A stretch of 24,067 nucleotides of DNA, from contig JAYWIA010001507.1 in the NCBI GenBank assembly GCA_043789255.1, positions 1 through 24,067 of the forward strand, written 5' to 3'. The translations under genes were made by a program, and so were the position numbers. Of the stretch, positions 16,256 to 23,790 are shown in pieces; the stretch's first letter is position 1, and every line of letters begins with the position of its first letter. The stretch is from Myxococcales bacterium (GTDB taxonomy: Bacteria; Myxococcota_A; Polyangia; Polyangiales; Polyangiaceae). The notes under the pieces were generated by a model. It worked only from the letters and a program-made list of their open reading frames with translations, had not been told where the DNA came from and did no database searches.

Positions 16256-16582
16256 CTACGGAGTGTGGGGCGAGACGCGCTGGTCGACGGGCGGAGGCTG
16301 AATCCACTGGCCGTTTCCGTCGCCCTGCGACACGGAGCCGACCCAGTTGGGGTCCCAGGTGAGCAGCTCGGCAGGCGCGTCGCCGGGCGACTCTTCGGCC
16401 GGCGGGAGCGCGACACCGTGGATGTCGTTCGGCCCGTCGTAGAACACGTGCATATTGCACGTGACAGCGGGGTCGGTGACCTTGCCGTTGACGTTCGTGA
16501 TGAGGGCCGCGCGGTACTCGCCGCCGCGCGGATGCGTGTCGGGAAGGCGGTAGTGAACGATGCGTCCGATGCTGGGAATCAT
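16256..16582 (-). CDS. Phage hypothetical protein (108 aa)
   Basis: PSIGRIVHY...RAALITNV...NMHVF pattern that I recognise as recurrent in phage hypotheticals; function unknown. Confidence 0.75.
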   Translation of the reverse strand: MIPSIGRIVHYRLPDTHPRGGEYRAALITNVNGKVTDPAVTCNMHVFYDGPNDIHGVALPPAEESPGDAPAELLTWDPNWVGSVSQGDGNGQWIQPPPVDQRVSPHTP

Positions 16583-16609
16583 GGGCTGACTTTCGGTAGG
16601 GCGGCGAGG

Positions 16610-17671
16610 TTATGCTTGCTCAGTGGCGGGGAAGGTCGTTCCAAGCTTTTCGGCGAGGACGCGGCAGTCCACGAAGCCGTGCTTCGCGAGGAGGATGCGG
16701 GCGAGGTGGTCGCGCTCCTCAGAGGTGCCGCACACAACCGTGAGCGCGAACTGCGACACATCGAGGGTGAGCGAGTCGTTCGCCAACTCGGCGTTCATCT
16801 TGGCGCGGGCGGCTTTGGAGGCGTCGTACTTGACCAGCTCTTCCGGGGACATGATGCGACCGGCGGCGTTCCGGCGGGGCTCTTCCGCGGGTTCGTCGTC
16901 TTCGCCACGCGAGTACTCGGACGACGCGTCTCCAGAGTCCTCGCGCGACGGGCTTCCGTCTCGAGCTGCTCCGAGCGACGGGTCTTCGGCGGCCGGGGGA
17001 TCGAAGGGGGTCGAGGGTGCAGGGGCGGGCTTCCGAGCGATTTCGTTGATGGCGTTGGCCGAAGCCGCCACCTCGGCGGGCTCTTCCGCAGGAAAGAGAC
17101 GGTCGAAGTCGTCAGCCGGGAGGACCATTTCGAGGTCCATGACGTCGAGAGCGACGTCTTCGGGCCGGATGCCATAGTCGAACATGTCGACCATAAGCTC
17201 AGGCACGAACTCGCCTCGAAGAGCCTCGTTGTTGAGGATGATGTTCAGCTCGCGCTCGCGCTTTTCCGTCACGTCTACGACGTTGACGTCGAGTTCGTAG
17301 TCGCCGGCTTTTTCCTTCTCGAGGATGTCGAGCTGCGTAAGGCGCTGGTGACCACCCACGAGGTTCCCCGTGCGGACGTTCCAGGTAAGGGCTTCGACAA
17401 GGCCCTTTTTCTCAAGTATTTCCCGCAACTTTCTCGCGTTCAGCTCATTGATGGCTCGCGGGTTGTAGGGGGCGTTCTTCAGCTCGGAGCGGTGCACGCG
17501 GCGGGGTCGGAACTTTTGGAAGCGGGAGAGCTTCGAATCGTCCCCGGTTAGCGGCGTGTGGGTCGGGTCGGACACGTTGGGAGCTGCTTTGGGTGACGGG
17601 TCAACCGGCTTCTTCTTGGCCTTCTTCGCCCGCGGGGTCTCCGGGACGGTCTCGGCGGGTTTTGGTGCCAT
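16610..17671 (-). CDS. ParB/Srx N-terminal-domain protein (353 aa)
   Basis: LKNAPYNPRAI...GLVEALTWNVRTGNLVGGHQRL...ERELNIILNN are ParB-N signatures; acidic Pro-rich linker follows. Confidence 0.9.
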   Translation of the reverse strand: MAPKPAETVPETPRAKKAKKKPVDPSPKAAPNVSDPTHTPLTGDDSKLSRFQKFRPRRVHRSELKNAPYNPRAINELNARKLREILEKKGLVEALTWNVRTGNLVGGHQRLTQLDILEKEKAGDYELDVNVVDVTEKRERELNIILNNEALRGEFVPELMVDMFDYGIRPEDVALDVMDLEMVLPADDFDRLFPAEEPAEVAASANAINEIARKPAPAPSTPFDPPAAEDPSLGAARDGSPSREDSGDASSEYSRGEDDEPAEEPRRNAAGRIMSPEELVKYDASKAARAKMNAELANDSLTLDVSQFALTVVCGTSEERDHLARILLAKHGFVDCRVLAEKLGTTFPATEQA

Positions 17672-18371
17672 CGTGGAAGATGCCTTTGCGGTCCGGAGCT
17701 AGCCCCGCTTCCCATCGGAAGAGCGCGGCTGGGGCGAGCGGGAACACTCGGACGAGCTTGGCGTAGTCGTCGGGAAACGTGTCCCGGAGCCACTCAAGAG
17801 ACTTGGGGTGGAGGTCCACGGAGCCCGAGACGGCACGACCGCCGAGCTTCTGCGTTGGACACGGCAGCTTTCGCTGTCGGATGTAGGCGTAGACGTTGCG
17901 CTCTTTCCACCGGTAGATCGGATAGACCCGCTGGAATTTCTCCCAAAATCCGCCGATGGGGTTCAGCTTGGCTCGGCGCGCGAACCCGTCCGAGGAGCGC
18001 TCGCCGTACGCGAACCACTCGATTCCGGTGAGGGCTCGAAGGTGGGCCTCGACCTGGGCGAGGGACAGGAGCGCGACCTTTCGAAGGCGCGGGTTGCAGC
18101 CGAAGGCGTTCTCGCGCTGGTATCGAGAGAGGTCGAAGTGCGGAAGTCGGTGGAGCTTCACCGAAGGGAAGTGCTTGAGGACGCGGGCGAGCATGGCGTC
18201 TTCGCACCAAAGGCCCGGCACAAGGTGCATGAAAAAGGCTTCCACGCGCTGGAAGCGACGAACGCAGAGGTCGAGCGTGGCGATGGAGTCTTTGCCACCG
18301 GAAAGCCCCACGAGGACGCTATCGGCCTTCGTCTTCACGAGAAGGCCTTCGGCGTCTTCAATGAGGCCCAC
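17601..18371 (-). CDS. PAPS-reductase-like PP-loop protein (256 aa)
   Basis: VLVGLSGGKDS PP-loop, YGERSSDGFARR, VYPIYRWKERNVYAYI. Confidence 0.88.
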   Translation of the reverse strand: MGLIEDAEGLLVKTKADSVLVGLSGGKDSIATLDLCVRRFQRVEAFFMHLVPGLWCEDAMLARVLKHFPSVKLHRLPHFDLSRYQRENAFGCNPRLRKVALLSLAQVEAHLRALTGIEWFAYGERSSDGFARRAKLNPIGGFWEKFQRVYPIYRWKERNVYAYIRQRKLPCPTQKLGGRAVSGSVDLHPKSLEWLRDTFPDDYAKLVRVFPLAPAALFRWEAGLAPDRKGIFHDGTKTRRDRPGDPAGEEGQEEAG

Positions 18372-18373
18372 GG

Positions 18374-18601
18374 TCAGCCGCCAGACATGCGTTTCTTGGA
18401 CTTGGCGACCAGCAAGCGCGCCTTCTTGACCTTCGGGGCCTTTTTCCAGCCTCCGATTCCAGCCTTCGCGGCCGGGTCGCCCTTTTTCATGGCGGGGTTT
18501 ACGCCGGCCTTCGGGGCCTTCGCTGAAGTCGCCGCGCTTTTCGCGAGCTTGGAGGCTATCTCTTTCGAGGCTTTGCGATCTGCACGAGACGGTTTCGCCA
18601 T
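18374..18601 (-). CDS. Small Lys/Ala-rich basic protein (75 aa)
   Basis: About 18 Lys + 4 Arg versus 3 acidic residues; stop 2 nt before the PP-loop gene start. Confidence 0.7.
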   Translation of the reverse strand: MAKPSRADRKASKEIASKLAKSAATSAKAPKAGVNPAMKKGDPAAKAGIGGWKKAPKVKKARLLVAKSKKRMSGG

Positions 18602-18928
18602 GGGGTGCTCTGCTCTTTCTGTCGCCGTTCGGCGAACTTAGAGGGGCCCGAAAGCGCGCTTGCGCCGCCCAGCGCTCACGCGGCGCCGAGCCCCGGCCGC
18701 AAGTGGAGGGCTTGAACCTCCTTCGCGCTCACTGTCGCAAGGGGAGCAACGACCGGAGCGCGAACCGGCCGATCCGGTCTCGCGTTGGACGGCCACCTTG
18801 CGGCGACCCTCATAGAGGCTTCGGCAATCCCCGTCTGTCTCGTCGTGGTCGTTCCGGTCCTGTCCTATCCTGTCTCTGCATTGCGCATATGTTACGCGCA
18901 TGCGAATGTCTCAGGAGGGAGCACGCCA

Positions 18929-19000
18929 ATGGGAGATTTCGTCAACGGCGAGCGGCTTTCGGGCGTGGATTGGGCGGAAATGAACGTGAGGCCGCGATGA
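18929..19000 (+). CDS. Candidate 23-aa leader ORF MGDFVNGERLSGVDWAEMNVRPR
   Basis: Strong SD AGGAGGGA (18913-18920); stop overlaps the next start (ATGA, 18997-19000). Confidence 0.55.
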   Translation: MGDFVNGERLSGVDWAEMNVRPR

Positions 19001-19992
19001 CGGACCAAACCCGAGAATGGCGCCGCAAGGTCGCAGCCGTCGGCCGTCACCTCCCCGCCGAAGACGAGCGCGCACTCGTCTTCCTGTTCAACGCGTTCGA
19101 AGGAGCCTGCGGGGTCCGGTCCGTCCAGGGGACGATCCAAGACATGCTGGTGTCCGGTACGGCTCGGCCCACGGGCGGAGCCACGGGGAATGGGCGCCTT
19201 GACCGGGCCGGGGAACCCGAGCTCCGGTTGCTCCCCGCCGAAGAGTGGGCTTCAGGGTCGGTCGAGCGCAGGGAGAACCTTCGGGCCGGCTCTACCCGTC
19301 GAGCCTACTTGGCCATGAAAGAGCTTTCCCGGTCGAGGGCTGGCCGCGGCCATGCGGTCGTGCTCTTCCGGTTCTTCGGCCCGCGCGACCCTTCGGCCCC
19401 TTGGGTGACCTTCGGGCCGGAGCTTGCGCCGATCGCGTGTCTCACGCGGGAGGCCTCTCGCCTCGCCTCGGACGCCGCGGACGAAGAGCACCGCGACCGG
19501 GCACGCGAGCGGCGGGCGAACGTCTTGGCCCTGCTCACCGGATGCGCCAAGGGAGGCACTTACCTCCCACGGCCTCCCACGGCCTTCGGTTCGGTTCCGT
19601 GCTCCCACGGTCGTGCGTCTGCTCGATCGCCGAGCGACGGACCACGGACGGCGCCGAGCGACGGACCAGTCGGGCTTGGTGTCGCGCTGGACGTGTCACC
19701 TCGAGGATTGAGCGACACGTCACCCGCGGCCGCGGACGACGGGGCCCTTTGCGACACGAGTACCGCGCGACCTCCAACGGTCGAAAGGGTCGCGACCATT
19801 GGCACCGTGGCCGCGCTCGCGCGGTCCACCCCGCGAGACGCAAAGCTCCACTTGCTCGCCTACATCGAAGGGCCAAAAAAAGGCGCCCCGGCCGACCGTG
19901 ACATTGTGCTCGCGCGCGTCCGCTCGGAGGCCGCCTTGCTCGTGTCCCAGGCGTGCGCCGCCTACGTACGGGCGCTCGAGGCTGTTTCGTGA
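18997..19992 (+). CDS. Hypothetical protein (331 aa), possibly regulatory
   Basis: MTDQTREW... ORF coupled at both ends (ATGA, GTGA); no recognised family. Confidence 0.65.
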   Translation: MTDQTREWRRKVAAVGRHLPAEDERALVFLFNAFEGACGVRSVQGTIQDMLVSGTARPTGGATGNGRLDRAGEPELRLLPAEEWASGSVERRENLRAGSTRRAYLAMKELSRSRAGRGHAVVLFRFFGPRDPSAPWVTFGPELAPIACLTREASRLASDAADEEHRDRARERRANVLALLTGCAKGGTYLPRPPTAFGSVPCSHGRASARSPSDGPRTAPSDGPVGLGVALDVSPRGLSDTSPAAADDGALCDTSTARPPTVERVATIGTVAALARSTPRDAKLHLLAYIEGPKKGAPADRDIVLARVRSEAALLVSQACAAYVRALEAVS

Positions 19993-20222
19993 GGGCGGAC
20001 GAGCTCCCTGTCGAGATGACCATTTCCGAGCTGGCTGTCGCGCTCGGTCTCCGCCGGCACGTCGTCCGTGACTACGTCCGGAATGGTCAGCTTCCCACCC
20101 GACGCCGCGGGCCGAAGAAGCGACGCATCGTGATCCCCTTGATCGAGCTTCGCGACGCCATGCCCTCCCTCTGGGAGGAGCTGGCTAGGCGCCTGCTCGA
20201 GCGCGAAGACGACGACTCGTAA
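19989..20222 (+). CDS. MerR/excisionase-type helix-turn-helix protein (77 aa)
   Basis: MTISELAVALGLRRHVVRDYVRNGQLPTRR winged-HTH pattern; GTGA overlap with upstream gene. Confidence 0.8.
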   Translation: MRADELPVEMTISELAVALGLRRHVVRDYVRNGQLPTRRRGPKKRRIVIPLIELRDAMPSLWEELARRLLEREDDDS

Positions 20223-20246
20223 CCCCCAACCCCGAAGGTCTCGCCC

Positions 20247-20582
20247 ATGTCCCGCAAGCTCGTTTCGTTCCTGGCCATGTTTTCCGCAATGATGGCTTCG
20301 CCCGCGCCTACGCCCCCCGCGAACGAACCCGGTTCGCCCATTGGAGACGTGGTATTTCGCCTTCGGAAAGGCCTCCCACGGGCCACGATCGGGATCTGGC
20401 GTGGCCATCCGAAGGGCGGCAACGTCCCGAACCGGCGAACCCCTACCACGTCCGCCGACCTTGCCGCGGTCGAGGCCGCCGAAGTGCGACGTGAGCGCCG
20501 AAGGGCCCGCTTCGCCGATCATTGGGACCGGCAACGCTTGGGCATGGCGCCAGCATGGGAATCCCCACCGGTCACGATCTAG
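20247..20582 (+). CDS. Hypothetical protein (111 aa)
   Basis: Continues the plus-strand operon up to a terminator; no motif recognised. Confidence 0.5.
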   Translation: MSRKLVSFLAMFSAMMASPAPTPPANEPGSPIGDVVFRLRKGLPRATIGIWRGHPKGGNVPNRRTPTTSADLAAVEAAEVRRERRRARFADHWDRQRLGMAPAWESPPVTI

Positions 20583-20600
20583 GCGCACGATCTAGGCGCA
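20573..20600. repeat. 13-bp tandem duplication CACGATCTAGGCG x2
   Basis: Copies at 20573-20585 and 20586-20598, overlapping the stop codon. Confidence 0.85.
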
Positions 20601-20620
20601 AACGCCTACAAAACGACGCA

Positions 20621-20655
20621 AGCGCCATGGTCCGAGACCATGGCGCTTTCGTTCA
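20621..20655 (+). terminator. Intrinsic terminator between convergent operons, possibly bidirectional
   Basis: Perfect 12-bp stem AGCGCCATGGTC-CGA-GACCATGGCGCT followed by TTCGTTCAGTT; A-rich tract on the other side. Confidence 0.7.
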
Positions 20656-20732
20656 GTTGCTACGGGTCATTTCTCGGTCCTGAGAAGGATCGCAGAGTCC
20701 GCGCATTCCGGCGCCGGGTCACCGTCAAGTGT

Positions 20733-21458
20733 CTATTCGGCGCGCACGCCATCCGCATCGGCGGCGGTCCACTTCGTTCCGTTCCGCACGACGATTTCGG
20801 TGTGGCACGTGCGACACCATATCCGCTCTACAAAACCGGATTCTCCCTCTCGGAACGTTTGGCCCGCCTTCGTCAGGGCGGCAAGGTCGCGACCTTCCTC
20901 AACCGCGCAAGCGTTGCATTGGTAGTGCACTTCGTCGCGTCGTTCGTCGGGGCAATCCACCACGAAGAGCGACCCCTCACCAACGGCAATGGCTTCTAGG
21001 TCGCCCCAATCCACCTCGAACGGGTCCACCTCGGCCCCGTCACAATCCGCATAGGGGCGCCTGTCCCGCATGTGGTTTCCCGCGTCACGGTCGCACGCGA
21101 ACGCGAGGAGCGTGGGCGGGAATTCGGTGCAGTTCGGTGCAACGCGGAAGCTCGCGGCAATCGCGGCTAGCTCCAGGATGGCTTCGTCCGAGTCCGTTGG
21201 ACGGTCCGCGTTTTTCGGAGATACCAAGGCTAGTTCACGCCAGCTCGTCTTGATTCCGAGGACCCGACGCACGACCGCAAGGGGCCACCTATCGGCGTAC
21301 ATGTCGAGGGGGTAGGTGGTCCGAAACTCCCAGAGTTTCACGAGTTCGGCTGTCGAGAACTCCTGCGCAAAACCCTCGTTTTGCGCGTTGAACCATTCGA
21401 CCACTTGGCGAAGTTTTTCGATGTCGAATACTGGGGGCTGGCGGGGATTCTTGCACAT
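20733..21458 (-). CDS. Hypothetical protein with C-terminal zinc ribbon (241 aa)
   Basis: ATG 21458 with SD TAGGAG; CNAC...CRTC motif. Confidence 0.7.
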   Translation of the reverse strand: MCKNPRQPPVFDIEKLRQVVEWFNAQNEGFAQEFSTAELVKLWEFRTTYPLDMYADRWPLAVVRRVLGIKTSWRELALVSPKNADRPTDSDEAILELAAIAASFRVAPNCTEFPPTLLAFACDRDAGNHMRDRRPYADCDGAEVDPFEVDWGDLEAIAVGEGSLFVVDCPDERRDEVHYQCNACAVEEGRDLAALTKAGQTFREGESGFVERIWCRTCHTEIVVRNGTKWTAADADGVRAE

Positions 21459-21468
21459 TTTTTCGCTC

Positions 21469-21708
21469 CTATTCGGCGTCATGGGCGAGAAGATCTCGCC
21501 AGTTTTCGGGAAGCGGGCCGTGGACGAACCGCTCCATTTCCTCATGGTTTCCGCACCGTCCGGACCGGACACGATGGGGGAAGTGGTAGGCGCCGCATCG
21601 GCAGATCGCCCCCACTTCACGCCTACGCCATCGGCATCGGGGGCGCCCCGGGCGGCACCCCATCGCGTGCGCCGTGTGTCCGTAGCAAACGAGCGGGGCG
21701 ACCTTCAC
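21469..21708 (-). CDS. Small Cys/His-rich protein (79 aa)
   Basis: GTGA overlap with upstream stop; its TAG forms part of the next SD; MKVAPLVCYGH...ICRCGAYHFPHRVRSGRCGNH. Confidence 0.7.
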   Translation of the reverse strand: MKVAPLVCYGHTAHAMGCRPGRPRCRWRRREVGAICRCGAYHFPHRVRSGRCGNHEEMERFVHGPLPENWRDLLAHDAE

Positions 21709-22100
21709 GCTTCGACCCGGCACGGAATGTTCATTCGCACGGCAAGGCGCTTTAGGAAGCGCGTGGCATAGTCCTGCGCTTCGCTGGGCGCGTAGCGTGT
21801 GCCGTCCGCTTGATTGGCCTCGCGTGTGTACGTGTCCGAGGGCCAAACGGTAGTGAACCGTGCGCCGGTTGCGGTGCACACGTTGCGCACGCGCCATGCC
21901 GCACCACGTGCGCCCGGACGAAGCGCGACCATCGAACCGCTCGCGTCGTGCCAAAACCGAAGCGACCCGTCACGGTCTTTTTCGATGCGAACGCCGACCG
22001 TTTCGGCCCGAAAGTGACCTGGGCAATTCTCGGTAGCAGTGAACGAAAGAGCGTTCACAACGCGGTCAACGATAGAGGCCTCAATCGCGGTCTTGGACAT
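21705..22100 (-). CDS. Hypothetical protein (131 aa)
   Basis: First gene after promoter cassette copy 1; SD GGAAGGA. Confidence 0.75.
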   Translation of the reverse strand: MSKTAIEASIVDRVVNALSFTATENCPGHFRAETVGVRIEKDRDGSLRFWHDASGSMVALRPGARGAAWRVRNVCTATGARFTTVWPSDTYTREANQADGTRYAPSEAQDYATRFLKRLAVRMNIPCRVEA

Positions 22101-22119
22101 GGCGGAATCCTTCCGTTTC

Positions 22120-22201
22120 GGGGCGCGTCGTGCGCCCCGTGTGACTTAGTTATGCGCCCTAATGCCTATCTGGTCAAAGTCTTTTTATGCGTGACCCGAT
22201 A
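22120..22201 (-). promoter_or_regulatory. Repeated promoter/stem-loop cassette, copy 1
   Basis: A-tract, -35 TTGACC (22177-22172), 17 bp, -10 CATAAC (22154-22149), then hairpin GGGGCGC-ACGAC-GCGCCCC (22138-22120). Confidence 0.8.
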
Positions 22202-22220
22202 GATTCTTTCCGAGGCCTGG

Positions 22221-22242
22221 AAAGGCGCCCTTCGGCGCCCTT
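22221..22242 (-). terminator. Probable terminator after the DUF932 gene
   Basis: AAGGGCGCC-GAAG-GGCGCCTTT on the minus strand, 12 nt after the stop. Confidence 0.6.
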
Positions 22243-22253
22243 CCGACTTCCGC

Positions 22254-23258
22254 CTAGGCCGTTGCGAGGTCTACAGCGCGCCCCAACGCTCGCGTCGAAG
22301 TCGCAGCGGCCGAACCGCCAAGGGCGAGACTTTCAAGGCGGGATTCCGCCGTTCCTCCGCGCGGGCGGTCGTTCCCTAGGTATTCGGTTACCGCGTTGTA
22401 TGCGGCCCACCACGTACCGCGGACACCGGGCGCGGCATTGCCCTTTCCGCCGACGAAAAGCGCTTCTACACGCTCCGAGCGCTCGCGGGCGTAGCTTTCG
22501 GAGCGGGACTCTTTGGCCTCGCCCGCCGCCCGCTTTGCGAACGAAAGCAGGTCTTCTTTCGGCGGGGGCGCCTCGAACACATGAGCGACGTATTTCGCGA
22601 GGTCGCTCGGGTTCACCTGTCGGGCGGCAAGAGCCCGGTATTGTTCCGCCGTGGCCTCGAAACGCGCATGGGCGACGGCCATGGTGTTGCGCACCGCGTC
22701 GAGCGTGGATTTCATCCCGGCCGTGTGTCGGACACGTAGGAGGGCGCTTCCCGTGTCCCCGTGGGCGATCGCAAGGGTGTTCGCGCACACCACTCTCGTG
22801 GGGGTGTACCCCACGCGAACCGCCTTCGTTCCGTCGTGAGAATTGCTCAAAAGAACGTATTTTTCCACGACGTCATCCGCCTTCGGAACGATCACGAGGG
22901 GATCGCCGATGCGTGCGAGCACCCAAACGACGCAACCTCCTCGCAGGGATCCGGCCGTTTCAAGCGTCGCTTCGCCCGATTCGAGAATCGGATCGAACCA
23001 CGAGAACGCTTCCGCGTTCTGCAAAAGCGTGTAGTCGGGGCCCACCGTCCCCAGAATGGCGCGGTCCGTTGCGCGGACGTTCGCGAAGCGTTCTACGGTC
23101 CGCCCATCGGCGAGAAAGAGCGGTTCGCGAGCGACCTCCCACGCAAGGCCCGCATCGTGGATCGCCTCGGCCGAGGTCGGCGGATTGTCGAGGATCGCCC
23201 CGAGTTTGTGCCAGGGGGTCTCTCGGACGGAAAACATGCTTTCGACTTCGTGCGCCAT
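22254..23258 (-). CDS. DUF932/DUF945 family phage/plasmid protein (TIGR03299-like, 334 aa)
   Basis: MAHEVESMFSVRETPWHKLG, ETAGSLRGG, LLSNSHDGT, TPTRVVCANTL, GTWWAAYNAVTEY signatures. Confidence 0.92.
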   Translation of the reverse strand: MAHEVESMFSVRETPWHKLGAILDNPPTSAEAIHDAGLAWEVAREPLFLADGRTVERFANVRATDRAILGTVGPDYTLLQNAEAFSWFDPILESGEATLETAGSLRGGCVVWVLARIGDPLVIVPKADDVVEKYVLLSNSHDGTKAVRVGYTPTRVVCANTLAIAHGDTGSALLRVRHTAGMKSTLDAVRNTMAVAHARFEATAEQYRALAARQVNPSDLAKYVAHVFEAPPPKEDLLSFAKRAAGEAKESRSESYARERSERVEALFVGGKGNAAPGVRGTWWAAYNAVTEYLGNDRPRGGTAESRLESLALGGSAAATSTRALGRAVDLATA

Positions 23259-23280
23259 GATGGGAGGCCTTTCGTTTTGC

Positions 23281-23365
23281 GGGGCGCGTCGTGCGCCCCG
23301 TTCAGTCCTGTTGTTATGCGCCCTAACGTCGATCGGGTCAATGTCTTTTTATGCGTGACCCGATA
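23281..23365 (-). promoter_or_regulatory. Repeated promoter/stem-loop cassette, copy 2
   Basis: -35 TTGACC (23341-23336), 17 bp, -10 CATAAC (23318-23313), identical hairpin at 23299-23281; 29/30 identity to copy 1 over the upstream block. Confidence 0.8.
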
Positions 23366-23406
23366 ATCAAGGGTCACATGTAGGTGAGCATGCCGGACGC
23401 CTTGCC

Positions 23407-23790
23407 CTAGTCGATCGGGAGGGCCACCGCGACCGTGCAGCCCTTGCGGGTGACCTCGAACACGGCAACGGTGGCGCGCCAAAGTGGCCGATGGTCCGAG
23501 CCGTGGGCGCGGTGCCGTGAAAGCGTTTTCAGGGTGCCGTCCCAGGTCACCCGGGTTTCTCCCGGGTACACCACGAGCGCGAGCTCCGCGACGTCAGCCA
23601 CTACCGCCAGCGCCTCGGCATGAAGCACTTCCGCGGCTTCGATCTTCTCGACGTGAGGGTCGCGTCGAATCACCAGGCCGAACGCGTCACGGCCGCCTTC
23701 TTCGAGGACCATACCGCCGGGCACAAGGGCCGCCACAAGGTGGGCCACCGTCCGAAGCGCAGCCTCCGCGTTCGCATGGTGCGCCGTCAC
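23407..23790 (-). CDS. Hypothetical protein (127 aa)
   Basis: GTGA overlap with the ASCH gene stop. Confidence 0.65.
   Translation of the reverse strand: MTAHHANAEAALRTVAHLVAALVPGGMVLEEGGRDAFGLVIRRDPHVEKIEAAEVLHAEALAVVADVAELALVVYPGETRVTWDGTLKTLSRHRAHGSDHRPLWRATVAVFEVTRKGCTVAVALPID

Noticed and set aside
18638-18901. 87-aa minus-strand ORF upstream of the basic protein
   Set aside because: No clear SD or motif, and it overlaps the repeat- and palindrome-rich control region; treated as non-coding.
1228-20588. Many long overlapping ORFs in the track (e.g. 1331-2401 +, 2465-3583 +, 5326-6741 +, 9584-10675 +, 14471-15790 +, 15866-17551 +, 4481-5791 -)
   Set aside because: Antisense or off-frame shadows of recognisable genes in high-GC DNA; Arg/Gly/Pro-rich with no motifs.
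21484-21506. GGCGAGA-AGA-TCTCGCC hairpin with T-run
   Set aside because: Lies inside the 79-aa coding region and faces the strand with no upstream gene; probably incidental.
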